A stretch of DNA of 64,000 nt from Takakia lepidozioides (GCA_030704615.1 CM060731.1:72292001-72356000); one strand, 5' to 3'; positions 12,946 to 25,516 are shown, counted from the first letter of the stretch. Numbers and translations are program-made. Notes: generated from the letters alone by a model not told the origin.

Positions 12946-13670
12946 TCACTTTGCCTTGCCCATGATCCTTGCCGACTGCCGTCGTTTAACAATCTCCAAG
13001 GGAAGCCCATGCCCTTGAGTCGAGGCTCTCTTTTTGGCCAAGCGAGGTTGGTTGGTTTTTGCAGGCAACTCTCCCAAGTCACAAGCTTCCAGAGGGAGAG
13101 GATGGCGTAGGTCATCCTGCTTCGCATTTGCTTGTGAGGTCACCCCTCTGGCTTGTCTCTGTGGCGGCTGTCTTTTTTCCTTCTTGCTTGTTCCCTTCTT
13201 GGGCATTTTATGAGCTTCTACAGACGGGGGGCATTTGTTGTTGGAAGAGGAAGGGGGAAGCGAAAGCTCTCCCAATTCGCAAATGCGATTCCAGACAGGA
13301 TTACTCACGGGAAGCACAGATAGGCGCGGCTGCTTCAGAAGCACAAAGTCGGCCATGCCGTCTTCAGTTTTGAGCAGCGCCAGGGGCACAGGCTTGGGAA
13401 GGAGATGGAGCTCCCGCACGTCCACCATACCGCACTTGCCGGTAGCATCAGATGGGTCGGAGTAGAACCCCTTCACCACTTGCACCAATCCCACGATTGC
13501 GGGGCTCTTCCCGGTGTGATAGAAGAAGCAGAAATCACCCTCCTGCATGCTCCTCAAATGCTTCTGCGCCTGCGCATTGCGCACACCCCCCCGAAAACAC
13601 CTCCATTGAGGGCCTGATCCTGCCATCCCCATACTGCGGGCTCTGTTTTGAGCAGCCAGTACGACGCCAT
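12946..13670 (-). pseudogene. EVE-domain (THYN1-like) gene, intronless, one frameshift near 13590
   Basis: MASYWLLKTEPAVWGWQDQALNGGV is in one frame. GVRNAQAQKHLRSMQEGDFCFFYHTG...KQPRLSVLPV...WNRICELG plus a Lys-rich tail is in another. The conserved WD of WDGVRN is replaced by a G7 run. Confidence 0.85.
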
Positions 13671-16215
13671 GGCCTTCTTGCCTGCAAACTTCCAAAAGGA
13701 GTTTTGGGTAGATAATGACCTAGAGCCTGTACGGTAGCTACAGTCGGGGAAAGTGAGAGGCAATGTTGTACACTTATTCGGAAGAGTCATGTGCTAAGGA
13801 CGCAGCACTTCAAAGGATCCGTGCACAATGTGAGGAAGGTGCATGTGCACCCCAAGGAGCGGCGGCCATTGCTATGCAGATAATGAGAGCCTCTGTCGGC
13901 TCGAATGGTGAAGAGGAACAAAGAGACCACTCAGTTCTTTCGGGAATATGACGTATGTGGAGCGGGGCGTACGCCAGCTTCTAATTGTCACGAATTTTGA
14001 GTTTCGTTATGTGCAGAGTGTGTGATTTGCTACATTGAGGACATCCTGAGGAAAGTGGTCATGAATAGGAGAGGAAGTTTTTTCACGTCGTTCAATTTGC
14101 TTTGGCACCTGACGTAGATTGAGAGAGAGATGACATGAAAGTATAGCAAACCATAATGCGACTGTGGTGCATGGTGCTCCTGATCGCGTGGCTGTGCAGG
14201 GTCGAGGTAAGGAAGCTCCATCTAGCCGTCTCCACACCCCCATCTGTCTTTATACCTCTCCATGACTGCTTATGATGAGGACGGGTAACGATTACACGCA
14301 TCACAGCTTCTGCTCTTTCTGCGGAAGTGATTTTGCAGATGGAATGCCCCGGGATGGTTTTGAGAATGTGTATCTTTGGCTTCCTCTGCATGCCTACAAG
14401 TCTATAGAGGTTGGACCTTGTAATTATAATCTGTGAAGCTGCCAAAACTTACAGATATTTGCAATGCAGAAGTTGAGCTGCTTTTAGCAGCGGTACGGCT
14501 GAGGTCAAGGAGCTCCAGAGAACCGTTTGACAAAATCTATTCCTTCTTCTAGAGGTGTGATTCCTCAAGACATATGCCTCGTATTTGGCCTGGTCAGCTG
14601 GTCTGCTTGGGGCACTTGTCTGAGCGACTGTGCATCACATCGACTCAGTTCTGCGATTTCCAGCCCAAGTGAGGTCAACTTGTTGCGTCTCCAATCCTTC
14701 TGGCGGGGACATATGCTACCAAAGATAAGTAAAGCTGAAAGTTCATGGTCACCTCATTTGTCCTTGTCAAGTGGATTGCATTCTGGATAGCATTCTTCTT
14801 CTTGGCACTTAGACACTTGTCAGAAGCTTTTGTGTGCTAACAAACCTGTGGCCATCTCTTTCAAAGTGACAGTGCCAATACTTTGGCAGACACATGGTCA
14901 GAAGTGTTATGCCTGGTGGCGGGGGCCTGCTATTTTTCTTCTCTTTGGTTTTTTTTACTAGAACAAAAAGACGTCATAGAGCATAATTTATGTCTGGTGG
15001 AATGACAATCCTTGCAAATCACTCACTACATGGATTTAAAATGAAAGGCAGTTGACGACTGAAGCCATTTTTGGAAGTTGAAGACAGGAATCCAGGAGGG
15101 AGGAAGCGGCAATGCCAGGGAATTGGTTGTTCTATGGTACGCTTGAACAGCTCCGTCAACAGCTCTGCAAGGGTCAGTGACTTTCTAAATTGAAAGGAGG
15201 TGCCTCATCTTACCCACGTTAATACATTGCCTCCCATCTCCCCTCTTCCACTTCCCATGTCATAGAAGTGCTGCCTTCCACTTGAGACTCCCATTGCATG
15301 ATCTATGAAATAGCAGACTCACGCCTTCTCGTAATTGCTCAGGTTTTGCTATGTGTTGAACTGAGAGTTTTAGCAGCCAATAAAATTTTAATCTGCAAGG
15401 CCATGTCAAAGCCCTTTGGGGTTCCCTCATTCATATCTAGGCTTTCTACATCCTCCAGTGAATTTGTAACGAAGAATGTGTCTGTGTTTTAGAAAGAAAG
15501 AAGGAAAAGAGGAGGGTTTAAGATGTCAGCCTATGAGACCAAAAAATATCCAATGGAGAATTCAAATACCAAACGTACAAGTGAAAAAGAGGAGGCAGCA
15601 GGGAGACTTTTTCCTCCCCAAGACTCCCAAATGAGAGGACCTATTACAGATCACAGTAACAGGAGCTGCCCTCTCCACTTCTGCTTCCTCCTCTCAAGGC
15701 CTTCCCCAATACATGGCTTCCACAAACCTGAGAGGTGGACTGAGAAATGTAGAAACACCTAGGGCAGCTATTTTTTGTAGCGCGTGGCCCATCACTATTT
15801 TCTTTAAAATCTTTCTAGTCCATTTTATACTTGCACTGAAGAAATTTTCTCCCAGATTCCACTGTAGATCACGGGCACACGACTGATCTTTCCCATGATT
15901 TTCTTCAGGTATCTGATCAGGTATGAGCCTCCCACTTTCAGCAGCTCTCTGCTGCTGGACAACATCTCATATCTTTCATCATAAACTGCGCAGGTTTGCT
16001 GTGAACTGTTGTAAGGGGCTGTGCCCACTACAGCTGGTATACGACGCCGTTGCTAGGCCAAAATTAACCAATTAAATGTAAAAAAATGGTTAATATCAAA
16101 CCACCACAAAGTGACATGTGGCATGCGGCTTCGGGACTAAGGATATATTTTGGCTAAAAGTCGAGGGAGGGCGGGCAGGGAGGCCGTGGAGAGAGGAGAT
16201 GGTGACCACACTTTC

Positions 16216-16231
16216 AAAACGGGGTCCAAAA
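16216..16231 (-). terminator. Pol III terminator region: two T4 runs (first unit; repeated along the array)
   Basis: Minus strand after the gene reads GCACCC-AGCCGCC-TTTT-GGACCCCG-TTTT. Confidence 0.65.
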
Positions 16232-16238
16232 GGCGGCT

Positions 16239-16356
16239 GGGTGCAGCACCGGGACTTCCCGGGAGGTCACCCATCCCAGTACTATTCCGGCCCAAAGGCG
16301 CTTAACTTCAGAGTTCTGATGGGATCTGGTGTAGTAGCCTTGGTATGACCGCACCA
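16239..16356 (-). rRNA. 5S rRNA copy 1
   Basis: Reverse complement is (T)GGTGCGGTCATACCAAGGCTACTACACCAGATCCCATCAGAACTCTGAAGTTAAGCGCCTTTGGGCCGGAATAGTACTGGGATGGGTGACCTCCCGGGAAGTCCCGGTGCTGCACCC; bryophyte-type 5S with Box A, IE and Box C. Confidence 0.97.
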
Positions 16357-16382
16357 CGACACCAAGGCGCCACGCTTGCCAC

Positions 16383-16388
16383 TTATAA
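16383..16388 (-). promoter_or_regulatory. TATA-like element upstream of 5S gene (every unit)
   Basis: TTATAA at about -27 to -32, with GGCGCC at about -10 to -15; typical layout of plant 5S upstream elements. Confidence 0.7.
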
Positions 16389-16777
16389 TGGCTCTTCCTG
16401 CCCTCATCAAGTTCTCCATCAATTTGGCCCATGCGCATTCTTGCCTCTTGCTACTTTATTCAAGGTCTCCGCCATGCCGGCCTTCCTTTGCTTTGCTGTT
16501 CCACAACCGGGCCCTAAAAATCAAAAGGGGTTTGCGAGGGGGGCGCCCATGGTTCATTTCTCCCGCCCACCATGCCACACGCACAAAATAAACACTGCAC
16601 CGCACTTTCCGCCCCCTATGTATGCTACATCCGGTTGCTTTTGTGTGTGTTTTCGGGTGGGCGCAGCCAGGGCAACCCAGGATATATTTTGGCTAAAAGT
16701 CGAGGGAGGGCGGGCAGGGAGGCCGTGGAGAGAGGAGATGGTGACCACACTTTCAAAACGGGGTCCAAAAGGCGGCT

Positions 16778-16895
16778 GGGTGCAGCACCGGGACTTCCCG
16801 GGAGGTCACCCATCCCAGTACTATTCCGGCCCAAAGGCGCTTAACTTCAGAGTTCTGATGGGATCTGGTGTAGTAGCCTTGGTATGACCGCACCA
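16778..16895 (-). rRNA. 5S rRNA copy 2
   Basis: Same sequence as copy 1. Confidence 0.97.
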
Positions 16896-17315
16896 CGACA
16901 CCAAGGCGCCACGCTTGCCACTTATAATGGCTCTTCCTGCCCTCATCAAGTTCTCCATCAATTTGGCCCATGCGCATTCTTGCCTCTTGCTACTTTATTC
17001 AAGGTCTCCGCCATGCCGGCCTTCCTTTGCTTTGCTGTTCCACAACCGGGCCCTAAAAATCAAAAGGGGTTTGCGAGGGGGGCGCCCATGGTTCATTTCT
17101 CCCCCCACCATGCCACAGGCACAAAATAAACACTGCACCGCACTTTCCGCCCCCTATGTATGCTACATCCGGTTGCTTTTGTGTGTGTTTTCGGGTGGGC
17201 GCAGCCAGGGCAACCCAGGATATATTTTGGCTAAAAGTCGAGGGAGGGCGGGCAGGGAGGCCGTGGAGAGAGGAGATGGTGACCACACTTTCAAAACGGG
17301 GTCCAAAAGGCGGCT

Positions 17316-17433
17316 GGGTGCAGCACCGGGACTTCCCGGGAGGTCACCCATCCCAGTACTATTCCGGCCCAAAGGCGCTTAACTTCAGAGTTCTGATGGG
17401 ATCTGGTGTAGTAGCCTTGGTATGACCGCACCA
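17316..17433 (-). rRNA. 5S rRNA copy 3
   Basis: Same sequence as copy 1. Confidence 0.97.
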
Positions 17434-17854
17434 CGACACCAAGGCGCCACGCTTGCCACTTATAATGGCTCTTCCTGCCCTCATCAAGTTCTCCATCAAT
17501 TTGGCCCATGCGCATTCTTGCCTCTTGCTACTTTATTCAAGGTCTCCGCCATGCCGGCCTTCCTTTGCTTTGCTGTTCCACAACCGGGCCCTAAAAATCA
17601 AAAGGGGTTTGCGAGGGGGGCGCCCATGGTTCATTTCTCCCGCCCACCATGCCACACGCACAAAATAAACACTGCACCGCACTTTCCGCCCCCTATGTAT
17701 GCTACATCCGGTTGCTTTTGTGTGTGTTTTCGGGTGGGCGCAGCCAGGGCAACCCAGGATATATTTTGGCTAAAAGTCGAGGGAGGGCGGGCAGGGAGGC
17801 CGTGGAGAGAGGAGATGGTGACCACACTTTCAAAACGGGGTCCAAAAGGCGGCT

Positions 17855-17972
17855 GGGTGCAGCACCGGGACTTCCCGGGAGGTCACCCATCCCAGTACTA
17901 TTCCGGCCCAAAGGCGCTTAACTTCAGAGTTCTGATGGGATCTGGTGTAGTAGCCTTGGTATGACCGCACCA
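17855..17972 (-). rRNA. 5S rRNA copy 4
   Basis: Same sequence as copy 1. Confidence 0.97.
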
Positions 17973-18393
17973 CGACACCAAGGCGCCACGCTTGCCACTT
18001 ATAATGGCTCTTCCTGCCCTCATCAAGTTCTCCATCAATTTGGCCCATGCGCATTCTTGCCTCTTGCTACTTTATTCAAGGTCTCCGCCATGCCGGCCTT
18101 CCTTTGCTTTGCTGTTCCACAACCGGGCCCTAAAAATCAAAAGGGGTTTGCGAGGGGGGCGCCCATGGTTCATTTCTCCCGCCCACCATGCCACACGCAC
18201 AAAATAAACACTGCACCGCACTTTCCGCCCCCTATGTATGCTACATCCGGTTGCTTTTGTGTGTGTTTTCGGGTGGGCGCAGCCAGGGCAACCCAGGATA
18301 TATTTTGGCTAAAAGTCGAGGGAGGGCGGGCAGGGAGGCCGTGGAGAGAGGAGATGGTGACCACACTTTCAAAACGGGGTCCAAAAGGCGGCT

Positions 18394-18511
18394 GGGTGCA
18401 GCACCGGGACTTCCCGGGAGGTCACCCATCCCAGTACTATTCCGGCCCAAAGGCGCTTAACTTCAGAGTTCTGATGGGATCTGGTGTAGTAGCCTTGGTA
18501 TGACCGCACCA
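18394..18511 (-). rRNA. 5S rRNA copy 5
   Basis: Same sequence as copy 1. Confidence 0.97.
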
Positions 18512-18932
18512 CGACACCAAGGCGCCACGCTTGCCACTTATAATGGCTCTTCCTGCCCTCATCAAGTTCTCCATCAATTTGGCCCATGCGCATTCTTGCC
18601 TCTTGCTACTTTATTCAAGGTCTCCGCCATGCCGGCCTTCCTTTGCTTTGCTGTTCCACAACCGGGCCCTAAAAATCAAAAGGGGTTTGCGAGGGGGGCG
18701 CCCATGGTTCATTTCTCCCGCCCACCATGCCACACGCACAAAATAAACACTGCACCGCACTTTCCGCCCCCTATGTATGCTACATCCGGTTGCTTTTGTG
18801 TGTGTTTTCGGGTGGGCGCAGCCAGGGCAACCCAGGATATATTTTGGCTAAAAGTCGAGGGAGGGCGGGCAGGGAGGCCGTGGAGAGAGGAGATGGTGAC
18901 CACACTTTCAAAACGGGGTCCAAAAGGCGGCT

Positions 18933-19050
18933 GGGTGCAGCACCGGGACTTCCCGGGAGGTCACCCATCCCAGTACTATTCCGGCCCAAAGGCGCTTAAC
19001 TTCAGAGTTCTGATGGGATCTGGTGTAGTAGCCTTGGTATGACCGCACCA
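18933..19050 (-). rRNA. 5S rRNA copy 6
   Basis: Same sequence as copy 1. Confidence 0.97.
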
Positions 19051-19471
19051 CGACACCAAGGCGCCACGCTTGCCACTTATAATGGCTCTTCCTGCCCTCA
19101 TCAAGTTCTCCATCAATTTGGCCCATGCGCATTCTTGCCTCTTGCTACTTTATTCAAGGTCTCCGCCATGCCGGCCTTCCTTTGCTTTGCTGTTCCACAA
19201 CCGGGCCCTAAAAATCAAAAGGGGTTTGCGAGGGGGGCGCCCATGGTTCATTTCTCCCGCCCACCATGCCACACGCACAAAATAAACACTGCACCGCACT
19301 TTCCGCCCCCTATGTATGCTACATCCGGTTGCTTTTGTGTGTGTTTTCGGGTGGGCGCAGCCAGGGCAACCCAGGATATATTTTGGCTAAAAGTCGAGGG
19401 AGGGCGGGCAGGGAGGCCGTGGAGAGAGGAGATGGTGACCACACTTTCAAAACGGGGTCCAAAAGGCGGCT

Positions 19472-19589
19472 GGGTGCAGCACCGGGACTTCCCGGGAGGT
19501 CACCCATCCCAGTACTATTCCGGCCCAAAGGCGCTTAACTTCAGAGTTCTGATGGGATCTGGTGTAGTAGCCTTGGTATGACCGCACCA
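19472..19589 (-). rRNA. 5S rRNA copy 7
   Basis: Same sequence as copy 1. Confidence 0.97.
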
Positions 19590-20009
19590 CGACACCAAGG
19601 CGCCACGCTTGCCACTTATAATGGCTCTTCCTGCCCTCATCAAGTTCTCCATCAATTTGGCCCATGCGCATTCTTGCCTCTTGCTACTTTATTCAAGGTC
19701 TCCGCCATGCCGGCCTTCCTTTGCTTTGCTGTTCCACAACCGGGCCCTAAAAATCAAAAGGGGTTTGCGAGGGGGGCGCCCATGGTTCATTTCTCCCCCC
19801 ACCATGCCACACGCACAAAATAAACACTGCACCGCACTTTCCGCCCCCTATGTATGCTACATCCGGTTGCTTTTGTGTGTGTTTTCGGGTGGGCGCAGCC
19901 AGGGCAACCCAGGATATATTTTGGCTAAAAGTCGAGGGAGGGCGGGCAGGGAGGCCGTGGAGAGAGGAGATGGTGACCACACTTTCAAAACGGGGTCCAA
20001 AAGGCGGCT

Positions 20010-20127
20010 GGGTGCAGCACCGGGACTTCCCGGGAGGTCACCCATCCCAGTACTATTCCGGCCCAAAGGCGCTTAACTTCAGAGTTCTGATGGGATCTGG
20101 TGTAGTAGCCTTGGTATGACCGCACCA
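20010..20127 (-). rRNA. 5S rRNA copy 8
   Basis: Same sequence as copy 1. Confidence 0.97.
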
Positions 20128-20548
20128 CGACACCAAGGCGCCACGCTTGCCACTTATAATGGCTCTTCCTGCCCTCATCAAGTTCTCCATCAATTTGGCC
20201 CATGCGCATTCTTGCCTCTTGCTACTTTATTCAAGGTCTCCGCCATGCCGGCCTTCCTTTGCTTTGCTGTTCCACAACCGGGCCCTAAAAATCAAAAGGG
20301 GTTTGCGAGGGGGGCGCCCATGGTTCATTTCTCCCGCCCACCATGCCACACGCACAAAATAAACACTGCACCGCACTTTCCGCCCCCTATGTATGCTACA
20401 TCCGGTTGCTTTTGTGTGTGTTTTCGGGTGGGCGCAGCCAGGGCAACCCAGGATATATTTTGGCTAAAAGTCGAGGGAGGGCGGGCAGGGAGGCCGTGGA
20501 GAGAGGAGATGGTGACCACACTTTCAAAACGGGGTCCAAAAGGCGGCT

Positions 20549-20666
20549 GGGTGCAGCACCGGGACTTCCCGGGAGGTCACCCATCCCAGTACTATTCCGG
20601 CCCAAAGGCGCTTAACTTCAGAGTTCTGATGGGATCTGGTGTAGTAGCCTTGGTATGACCGCACCA
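20549..20666 (-). rRNA. 5S rRNA copy 9
   Basis: Same sequence as copy 1. Confidence 0.97.
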
Positions 20667-21087
20667 CGACACCAAGGCGCCACGCTTGCCACTTATAATG
20701 GCTCTTCCTGCCCTCATCAAGTTCTCCATCAATTTGGCCCATGCGCATTCTTGCCTCTTGCTACTTTATTCAAGGTCTCCGCCATGCCGGCCTTCCTTTG
20801 CTTTGCTGTTCCACAACCGGGCCCTAAAAATCAAAAGGGGTTTGCGAGGGGGGCGCCCATGGTTCATTTCTCCCGCCCACCATGCCACACGCACAAAATA
20901 AACACTGCACCGCACTTTCCGCCCCCTATGTATGCTACATCCGGTTGCTTTTGTGTGTGTTTTCGGGTGGGCGCAGCCAGGGCAACCCAGGATATATTTT
21001 GGCTAAAAGTCGAGGGAGGGCGGGCAGGGAGGCCGTGGAGAGAGGAGATGGTGACCACACTTTCAAAACGGGGTCCAAAAGGCGGCT

Positions 21088-21205
21088 GGGTGCAGCACCG
21101 GGACTTCCCGGGAGGTCACCCATCCCAGTACTATTCCGGCCCAAAGGCGCTTAACTTCAGAGTTCTGATGGGATCTGGTGTAGTAGCCTTGGTATGACCG
21201 CACCA
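21088..21205 (-). rRNA. 5S rRNA copy 10
   Basis: Same sequence as copy 1. Confidence 0.97.
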
Positions 21206-21626
21206 CGACACCAAGGCGCCACGCTTGCCACTTATAATGGCTCTTCCTGCCCTCATCAAGTTCTCCATCAATTTGGCCCATGCGCATTCTTGCCTCTTGC
21301 TACTTTATTCAAGGTCTCCGCCATGCCGGCCTTCCTTTGCTTTGCTGTTCCACAACCGGGCCCTAAAAATCAAAAGGGGTTTGCGAGGGGGGCGCCCATG
21401 GTTCATTTCTCCCGCCCACCATGCCACACGCACAAAATAAACACTGCACCGCACTTTCCGCCCCCTATGTATGCTACATCCGGTTGCTTTTGTGTGTGTT
21501 TTCGGGTGGGCGCAGCCAGGGCAACCCAGGATATATTTTGGCTAAAAGTCGAGGGAGGGCGGGCAGGGAGGCCGTGGAGAGAGGAGATGGTGACCACACT
21601 TTCAAAACGGGGTCCAAAAGGCGGCT

Positions 21627-21744
21627 GGGTGCAGCACCGGGACTTCCCGGGAGGTCACCCATCCCAGTACTATTCCGGCCCAAAGGCGCTTAACTTCAGA
21701 GTTCTGATGGGATCTGGTGTAGTAGCCTTGGTATGACCGCACCA
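21627..21744 (-). rRNA. 5S rRNA copy 11
   Basis: Same sequence as copy 1. Confidence 0.97.
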
Positions 21745-22165
21745 CGACACCAAGGCGCCACGCTTGCCACTTATAATGGCTCTTCCTGCCCTCATCAAGT
21801 TCTCCATCAATTTGGCCCATGCGCATTCTTGCCTCTTGCTACTTTATTCAAGGTCTCCGCCATGCCGGCCTTCCTTTGCTTTGCTGTTCCACAACCGGGC
21901 CCTAAAAATCAAAAGGGGTTTGCGAGGGGGGCGCCCATGGTTCATTTCTCCCGCCCACCATGCCACACGCACAAAATAAACACTGCACCGCACTTTCCGC
22001 CCCCTATGTATGCTACATCCGGTTGCTTTTGTGTGTGTTTTCGGGTGGGCGCAGCCAGGGCAACCCAGGATATATTTTGGCTAAAAGTCGAGGGAGGGCG
22101 GGCAGGGAGGCCGTGGAGAGAGGAGATGGTGACCACACTTTCAAAACGGGGTCCAAAAGGCGGCT

Positions 22166-22283
22166 GGGTGCAGCACCGGGACTTCCCGGGAGGTCACCCA
22201 TCCCAGTACTATTCCGGCCCAAAGGCGCTTAACTTCAGAGTTCTGATGGGATCTGGTGTAGTAGCCTTGGTATGACCGCACCA
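22166..22283 (-). rRNA. 5S rRNA copy 12
   Basis: Same sequence as copy 1. Confidence 0.97.
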
Positions 22284-22703
22284 CGACACCAAGGCGCCAC
22301 GCTTGCCACTTATAATGGCTCTTCCTGCCCTCATCAAGTTCTCCATCAATTTGGCCCATGCGCATTCTTGCCTCTTGCTACTTTATTCAAGGTCTCCGCC
22401 ATGCCGGCCTTCCTTTGCTTTGCTGTTCCACAACCGGGCCCTAAAAATCAAAAGGGGTTTGCGAGGGGGGCGCCCATGGTTCATTTCTCCCGCCCACCAT
22501 GCCACAGCACAAAATAAACACTGCACCGCACTTTCCGCCCCCTATGTATGCTACATCCGGTTGCTTTTGTGTGTGTTTTCGGGTGGGCGCAGCCAGGGCA
22601 ACCCAGGATATATTTTGGCTAAAAGTCGAGGGAGGGCGGGCAGGGAGGCCGTGGAGAGAGGAGATGGTGACCACACTTTCAAAACGGGGTCCAAAAGGCG
22701 GCT

Positions 22704-22821
22704 GGGTGCAGCACCGGGACTTCCCGGGAGGTCACCCATCCCAGTACTATTCCGGCCCAAAGGCGCTTAACTTCAGAGTTCTGATGGGATCTGGTGTAGT
22801 AGCCTTGGTATGACCGCACCA
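22704..22821 (-). rRNA. 5S rRNA copy 13
   Basis: Same sequence as copy 1. Confidence 0.97.
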
Positions 22822-23242
22822 CGACACCAAGGCGCCACGCTTGCCACTTATAATGGCTCTTCCTGCCCTCATCAAGTTCTCCATCAATTTGGCCCATGCG
22901 CATTCTTGCCTCTTGCTACTTTATTCAAGGTCTCCGCCATGCCGGCCTTCCTTTGCTTTGCTGTTCCACAACCGGGCCCTAAAAATCAAAAGGGGTTTGC
23001 GAGGGGGGCGCCCATGGTTCATTTCTCCCGCCCACCATGCCACACGCACAAAATAAACACTGCACCGCACTTTCCGCCCCCTATGTATGCTACATCCGGT
23101 TGCTTTTGTGTGTGTTTTCGGGTGGGCGCAGCCAGGGCAACCCAGGATATATTTTGGCTAAAAGTCGAGGGAGGGCGGGCAGGGAGGCCGTGGAGAGAGG
23201 AGATGGTGACCACACTTTCAAAACGGGGTCCAAAAGGCGGCT

Positions 23243-23360
23243 GGGTGCAGCACCGGGACTTCCCGGGAGGTCACCCATCCCAGTACTATTCCGGCCCAAA
23301 GGCGCTTAACTTCAGAGTTCTGATGGGATCTGGTGTAGTAGCCTTGGTATGACCGCACCA
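23243..23360 (-). rRNA. 5S rRNA copy 14
   Basis: Same sequence as copy 1. Confidence 0.97.
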
Positions 23361-23781
23361 CGACACCAAGGCGCCACGCTTGCCACTTATAATGGCTCTT
23401 CCTGCCCTCATCAAGTTCTCCATCAATTTGGCCCATGCGCATTCTTGCCTCTTGCTACTTTATTCAAGGTCTCCGCCATGCCGGCCTTCCTTTGCTTTGC
23501 TGTTCCACAACCGGGCCCTAAAAATCAAAAGGGGTTTGCGAGGGGGGCGCCCATGGTTCATTTCTCCCGCCCACCATGCCACACGCACAAAATAAACACT
23601 GCACCGCACTTTCCGCCCCCTATGTATGCTACATCCGGTTGCTTTTGTGTGTGTTTTCGGGTGGGCGCAGCCAGGGCAACCCAGGATATATTTTGGCTAA
23701 AAGTCGAGGGAGGGCGGGCAGGGAGGCCGTGGAGAGAGGAGATGGTGACCACACTTTCAAAACGGGGTCCAAAAGGCGGCT

Positions 23782-23899
23782 GGGTGCAGCACCGGGACTT
23801 CCCGGGAGGTCACCCATCCCAGTACTATTCCGGCCCAAAGGCGCTTAACTTCAGAGTTCTGATGGGATCTGGTGTAGTAGCCTTGGTATGACCGCACCA
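23782..23899 (-). rRNA. 5S rRNA copy 15
   Basis: Same sequence as copy 1. Confidence 0.97.
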
Positions 23900-24320
23900 C
23901 GACACCAAGGCGCCACGCTTGCCACTTATAATGGCTCTTCCTGCCCTCATCAAGTTCTCCATCAATTTGGCCCATGCGCATTCTTGCCTCTTGCTACTTT
24001 ATTCAAGGTCTCCGCCATGCCGGCCTTCCTTTGCTTTGCTGTTCCACAACCGGGCCCTAAAAATCAAAAGGGGTTTGCGAGGGGGGCGCCCATGGTTCAT
24101 TTCTCCCGCCCACCATGCCACACGCACAAAATAAACACTGCACCGCACTTTCCGCCCCCTATGTATGCTACATCCGGTTGCTTTTGTGTGTGTTTTCGGG
24201 TGGGCGCAGCCAGGGCAACCCAGGATATATTTTGGCTAAAAGTCGAGGGAGGGCGGGCAGGGAGGCCGTGGAGAGAGGAGATGGTGACCACACTTTCAAA
24301 ACGGGGTCCAAAAGGCGGCT

Positions 24321-24438
24321 GGGTGCAGCACCGGGACTTCCCGGGAGGTCACCCATCCCAGTACTATTCCGGCCCAAAGGCGCTTAACTTCAGAGTTCTG
24401 ATGGGATCTGGTGTAGTAGCCTTGGTATGACCGCACCA
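24321..24438 (-). rRNA. 5S rRNA copy 16
   Basis: Same sequence as copy 1. Confidence 0.97.
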
Positions 24439-24859
24439 CGACACCAAGGCGCCACGCTTGCCACTTATAATGGCTCTTCCTGCCCTCATCAAGTTCTCCA
24501 TCAATTTGGCCCATGCGCATTCTTGCCTCTTGCTACTTTATTCAAGGTCTCCGCCATGCCGGCCTTCCTTTGCTTTGCTGTTCCACAACCGGGCCCTAAA
24601 AATCAAAAGGGGTTTGCGAGGGGGGCGCCCATGGTTCATTTCTCCCGCCCACCATGCCACACGCACAAAATAAACACTGCACCGCACTTTCCGCCCCCTA
24701 TGTATGCTACATCCGGTTGCTTTTGTGTGTGTTTTCGGGTGGGCGCAGCCAGGGCAACCCAGGATATATTTTGGCTAAAAGTCGAGGGAGGGCGGGCAGG
24801 GAGGCCGTGGAGAGAGGAGATGGTGACCACACTTTCAAAACGGGGTCCAAAAGGCGGCT

Positions 24860-24977
24860 GGGTGCAGCACCGGGACTTCCCGGGAGGTCACCCATCCCAG
24901 TACTATTCCGGCCCAAAGGCGCTTAACTTCAGAGTTCTGATGGGATCTGGTGTAGTAGCCTTGGTATGACCGCACCA
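24860..24977 (-). rRNA. 5S rRNA copy 17
   Basis: Same sequence as copy 1. Confidence 0.97.
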
Positions 24978-25398
24978 CGACACCAAGGCGCCACGCTTGC
25001 CACTTATAATGGCTCTTCCTGCCCTCATCAAGTTCTCCATCAATTTGGCCCATGCGCATTCTTGCCTCTTGCTACTTTATTCAAGGTCTCCGCCATGCCG
25101 GCCTTCCTTTGCTTTGCTGTTCCACAACCGGGCCCTAAAAATCAAAAGGGGTTTGCGAGGGGGGCGCCCATGGTTCATTTCTCCCGCCCACCATGCCACA
25201 CGCACAAAATAAACACTGCACCGCACTTTCCGCCCCCTATGTATGCTACATCCGGTTGCTTTTGTGTGTGTTTTCGGGTGGGCGCAGCCAGGGCAACCCA
25301 GGATATATTTTGGCTAAAAGTCGAGGGAGGGCGGGCAGGGAGGCCGTGGAGAGAGGAGATGGTGACCACACTTTCAAAACGGGGTCCAAAAGGCGGCT

Positions 25399-25516
25399 GG
25401 GTGCAGCACCGGGACTTCCCGGGAGGTCACCCATCCCAGTACTATTCCGGCCCAAAGGCGCTTAACTTCAGAGTTCTGATGGGATCTGGTGTAGTAGCCT
25501 TGGTATGACCGCACCA
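25399..25516 (-). rRNA. 5S rRNA copy 18
   Basis: Same sequence as copy 1. Confidence 0.97.

Noticed and set aside
13760-16030. Several short ORFs between the EVE gene and the 5S array
   Set aside because: No recognisable homology or consistent exon structure.
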